From Zootoca vivipara (Eukaryota), in assembly GCF_963506605.1 (NCBI RefSeq), contig NC_083289.1, positions 21,948,001 through 22,012,000 of the forward strand: DNA of 64,000 nucleotides, read 5' to 3'. Below, piece after piece: positions 61,218 to 64,000 of this stretch. The notes under the pieces were generated by a model, which saw only the letters and a list, made by a program, of their open reading frames with translations, was not told the origin of the DNA and did no database searches. Position 1 is the first letter of the stretch; every line of letters begins with the position of its first letter. The translations under genes were made by a program, and so were the position numbers.

Positions 61218-61656
61218 AGAGGGAGAGAGGGAGAGAGGGAGAGGGAGAGGCAGAGGCAAAGAGACTGAATGAATGCCCCTCTCATCGAGAAAGACCTCAA
61301 AGAATAGAACAAAAACTTCCATTCTCCCACACTTTATAATACTCCTGGGCTGAGTGTGTGTTATATGGTAACGCAGCTGAGTTTGAACGGCATTAGCGCT
61401 CTTTCAGTTTACAAACAAGAGACCTAATTTAGAAGAGGGGTGGTGGAAATCTCCTATCTGATTATTTCTTTGTGTTCACCCATGTGGCAAGGAGGAAGGG
61501 GGGGGGAGGATCTCTACGAAGAAGGGTGTCTTTCTACGTGTGCTGAGGTAGCTTATTAACTTCTCTAGCTGTATTTTTTTAAAAATAATAATAATAATTG
61601 TGAAGGGCAATTGGGAAATCATTTATTCGTCCATAAATTCTTATGCGGGTGGAAAG

Positions 61657-61657
<1 letters not shown>

Positions 61658-61730
<73 letters not shown>
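61658..61730. repeat. (GAAA)n microsatellite
   Basis: Direct observation. Confidence 0.98.
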
Positions 61731-61732
<2 letters not shown>

Positions 61733-62209
61733 TCACGTTCTGTCCCTCTTGAGTCAGCTGTCTTGCATTTCAGCTGCATCACGGACCTTGCATTATCTTG
61801 GTCTAGAGCAGAGATTGGGAACCCATAGACGTGGGCCCTGAATGCAACCTTCAAGGCCTCTATGGCCCGCAGGACTCTCTCCAGACCAGCCACCATATTT
61901 GCCCTGCTTCATGCCCTCTGTGAATGTCCTGAATGTGTCCTTGATCTCTAGCAATGCATCTTGCTTGCTGGATGGCGGATAGCGAGGGACATGTGAGTGT
62001 CTGTCCAAATTAGCCTACTGTACCAAGGTAAAATTCACATTCATTGCTCCACCCACTTTTTCCTTCTGGCCTCACCTACCACTGGCAAGGTGAGGTTGCC
62101 CAGAAGGGAATGTAGCCATCAGACTGAAAAAAAAAAAGGTTTCAACACTTCAGCCACTAGTAAAGGGACAGACTCCTTCATCATAGCTGACGGGGCACAA
62201 GGCAGGCCA

Positions 62210-63156
62210 TGTGTGTGTCCTGGCTCCCACCCAACACAAGCAGACAGAGGCTCTTTTGTACAAGTAATAAAGATCTTTATTCAGGCAAGTTGTGGTAGAG
62301 GCTTGGCAGCAGACACAGAGTTCAGGAGTTCAGGATCCAGGCAAAAAGTTCAGAACTGGACAGAATCAATGAAGATGACCCAACCAATGGCATGCCCCTC
62401 CTACCAAGCTTTTAAAGGCAAGGCATAGTGTGCTAACTCAGGAGACTCACTTGCTTTGCAAGAATGTTGGAATTGTAATTCAGGGAGGGTGGGTCTTCCC
62501 TTGGAGTGGCAGCTGGTTCTAGGGGTCAGTGCTGAACTTTCCTGTTCAGGCTCCAGATCAGTTGCTGTCTCCTCCTAAGCTGCCTCCCTGCTCAGCTCCC
62601 TCCAGCTTCCACAGGCTCTCTCTGCCCTACCAGAAGTTGAGGGAGGAACCGACATCCCTTATCCCCCTTCCAAAGTGGCTGAAGTTGAGGCACAACAGGG
62701 AGGTACCCTCTACAAAACTTGTTTCTCACCATTCAGGACCCCCGCTCCCATTTCTTCTTCCTCCTCTGCCTCCAAAGTCCTCAAATCCAAACCCAATCCC
62801 GACTGTGTTCAGGGGCGGAGGAAGGGGGAGTGCAGTGGGGGCAGGTCACACGGGTGTCACCACTGAGGGGGGGTGACAAAATGCCAGGCAGCACTCACCG
62901 CAGGGCCTGCAGCATGTCTGAGCCCCGCATCTCTCCTGGGAGTGACGTGGTGGCTTGGGCGCCCGCAGGCTCCACACTGCCCCAAACGGTCCACCCGCTG
63001 CCTCCCCCACAGCTGTTAGGGCGGCTGAGTGGGAGGAGGCAGGCAGACTCCTCAGAGGCCCTGCGGAGCATCCTGCCCCGGCTCACCCCACCCCTGGGCA
63101 CAGGGCACGCATGCCGCCCCAGGTGCCCAATTGGCTTGCTCCACCGCTGTGTTACA
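62210..63156 (-). mobile_element. Solo LTR-like element with a nested GC-rich hAT-like insertion (62810 to ~63149)
   Basis: Minus-strand AATAAA (tttatt at ~62277), TATA-like ttttaaa at ~62410, gttaca end; insert has CAGGGGCGGAG / CTCCACCGCTG ends and a ctgtgtt repeat. Confidence 0.55.
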
Positions 63157-63563
63157 AAGCCTATGGCAGTGTGGCTCAGACAGCTCTGTCGACTCCCTAC
63201 CCCTCTGCATCTACTGCCTGAGGTGTCTGCTTCCCTCTGCCTCGTGGTGGGGGCAACCGTGCTCTCAGCTTCATCTGGGACTGTCCTTTCTCACTAACCT
63301 CAAAAGGAATATCGATGACTTCTAGGAGGTTTTATCATGATATAAGCAGAGCTACCACCTACCTTTCACGTGATGGGAAATCTGAAGTGAATCTAGGGTT
63401 TTCCTTAGATGCAAATCTAGAGAATCCTTTCCAAATAAGAGCGAAGGCCCATCTAGTCCAGCCAGATGAGGAGATCACATGTGCCTCTGGGAAGCCTGCA
63501 AGCAGGCCTTGAGTGCAGCAATGTTCTCCCCACTTGTGTTTCTCAGCAACTGGTATTCAGAGG

Positions 63564-63869
63564 CAGGGCTGTCTTAAGCATATGCAGCACCGGGGTGCAA
63601 AGATCCGCCTGGCACCTCCCATCAGGTTGCCCAGTCCCAGACATGCAGGAGGGCGGAGCTGGCCAGCTGCCTCAGTGTCTCGCTGGCTGGGTCACCCCAA
63701 ACTCGCGGTGCAGAGCCAACCTGCAGAAGAACCCGCTGCGGCGCTCTGACCGACAGCCGGGCTCTTCCCTGGACTTAACTCTCAGGCCCCGGACTCTCAG
63801 CCTGGCACCCCTGAGAGCCCGGCACCTGGGTGCCCCACACCCCTAGCACCTATGGGTAAGATGGCCCTG
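63564..63869. mobile_element. GC-rich hAT element (CAGGGC..TCTTA TIR family) inserted in a CR1 3'UTR remnant
   Basis: Perfect 8-bp TSD ttcagagg at 63556-63563 and 63870-63877. Confidence 0.9.
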
Positions 63870-64000
63870 TTCAGAGGTTTCCCACCTCTGATACCAGATA
63901 TGGTATTTAGTAGGACTATGCACTGGCTCTGGCTAAATCTTGGGTCCTGAGGCAAATTTGGGCTGTCCAAGGATTTAGCCAGAGTGGGTTGAGGCAGCCC

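Overview
This is vertebrate genomic DNA, not prokaryotic. The repeat content (Sauria SINEs, MIR/Ther1-derived Squam3-like SINEs, a Bov-B tail, CR1, L2 and L1 fragments, many hAT and Tc1/mariner MITEs, solo LTRs) points to a squamate, most likely a lacertid lizard. There are six short N gaps. Almost all ORFs in the supplied track are spurious or transposon-derived, and I recognise no known gene. The main find is a candidate spliced minus-strand gene that the ORF track misses. Exon 1 (55306-55176) has a perfect Kozak ATG, a signal peptide and a strong donor. It joins in phase to exon 2 (53165-53099) and to a candidate terminal exon (28990-28760). The product would be a 142-aa secreted precursor with two C-L-x-C-R motifs and dibasic/furin-type sites. 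A second find is an internal LINE fragment whose upstream ORF and endonuclease ORF are in one frame, separated only by TGA-CTA, a known stop-readthrough context. Other observations: one 8-bp target site used twice by hAT elements, a templated insertion at a tandem-duplication junction in a solo LTR, transposon-borne CTCF/ETS/NRF1/ZNF143-like motifs, an RE1 (REST) site, and several repeat-free candidate enhancer blocks. All calls are by eye; no database search was run.
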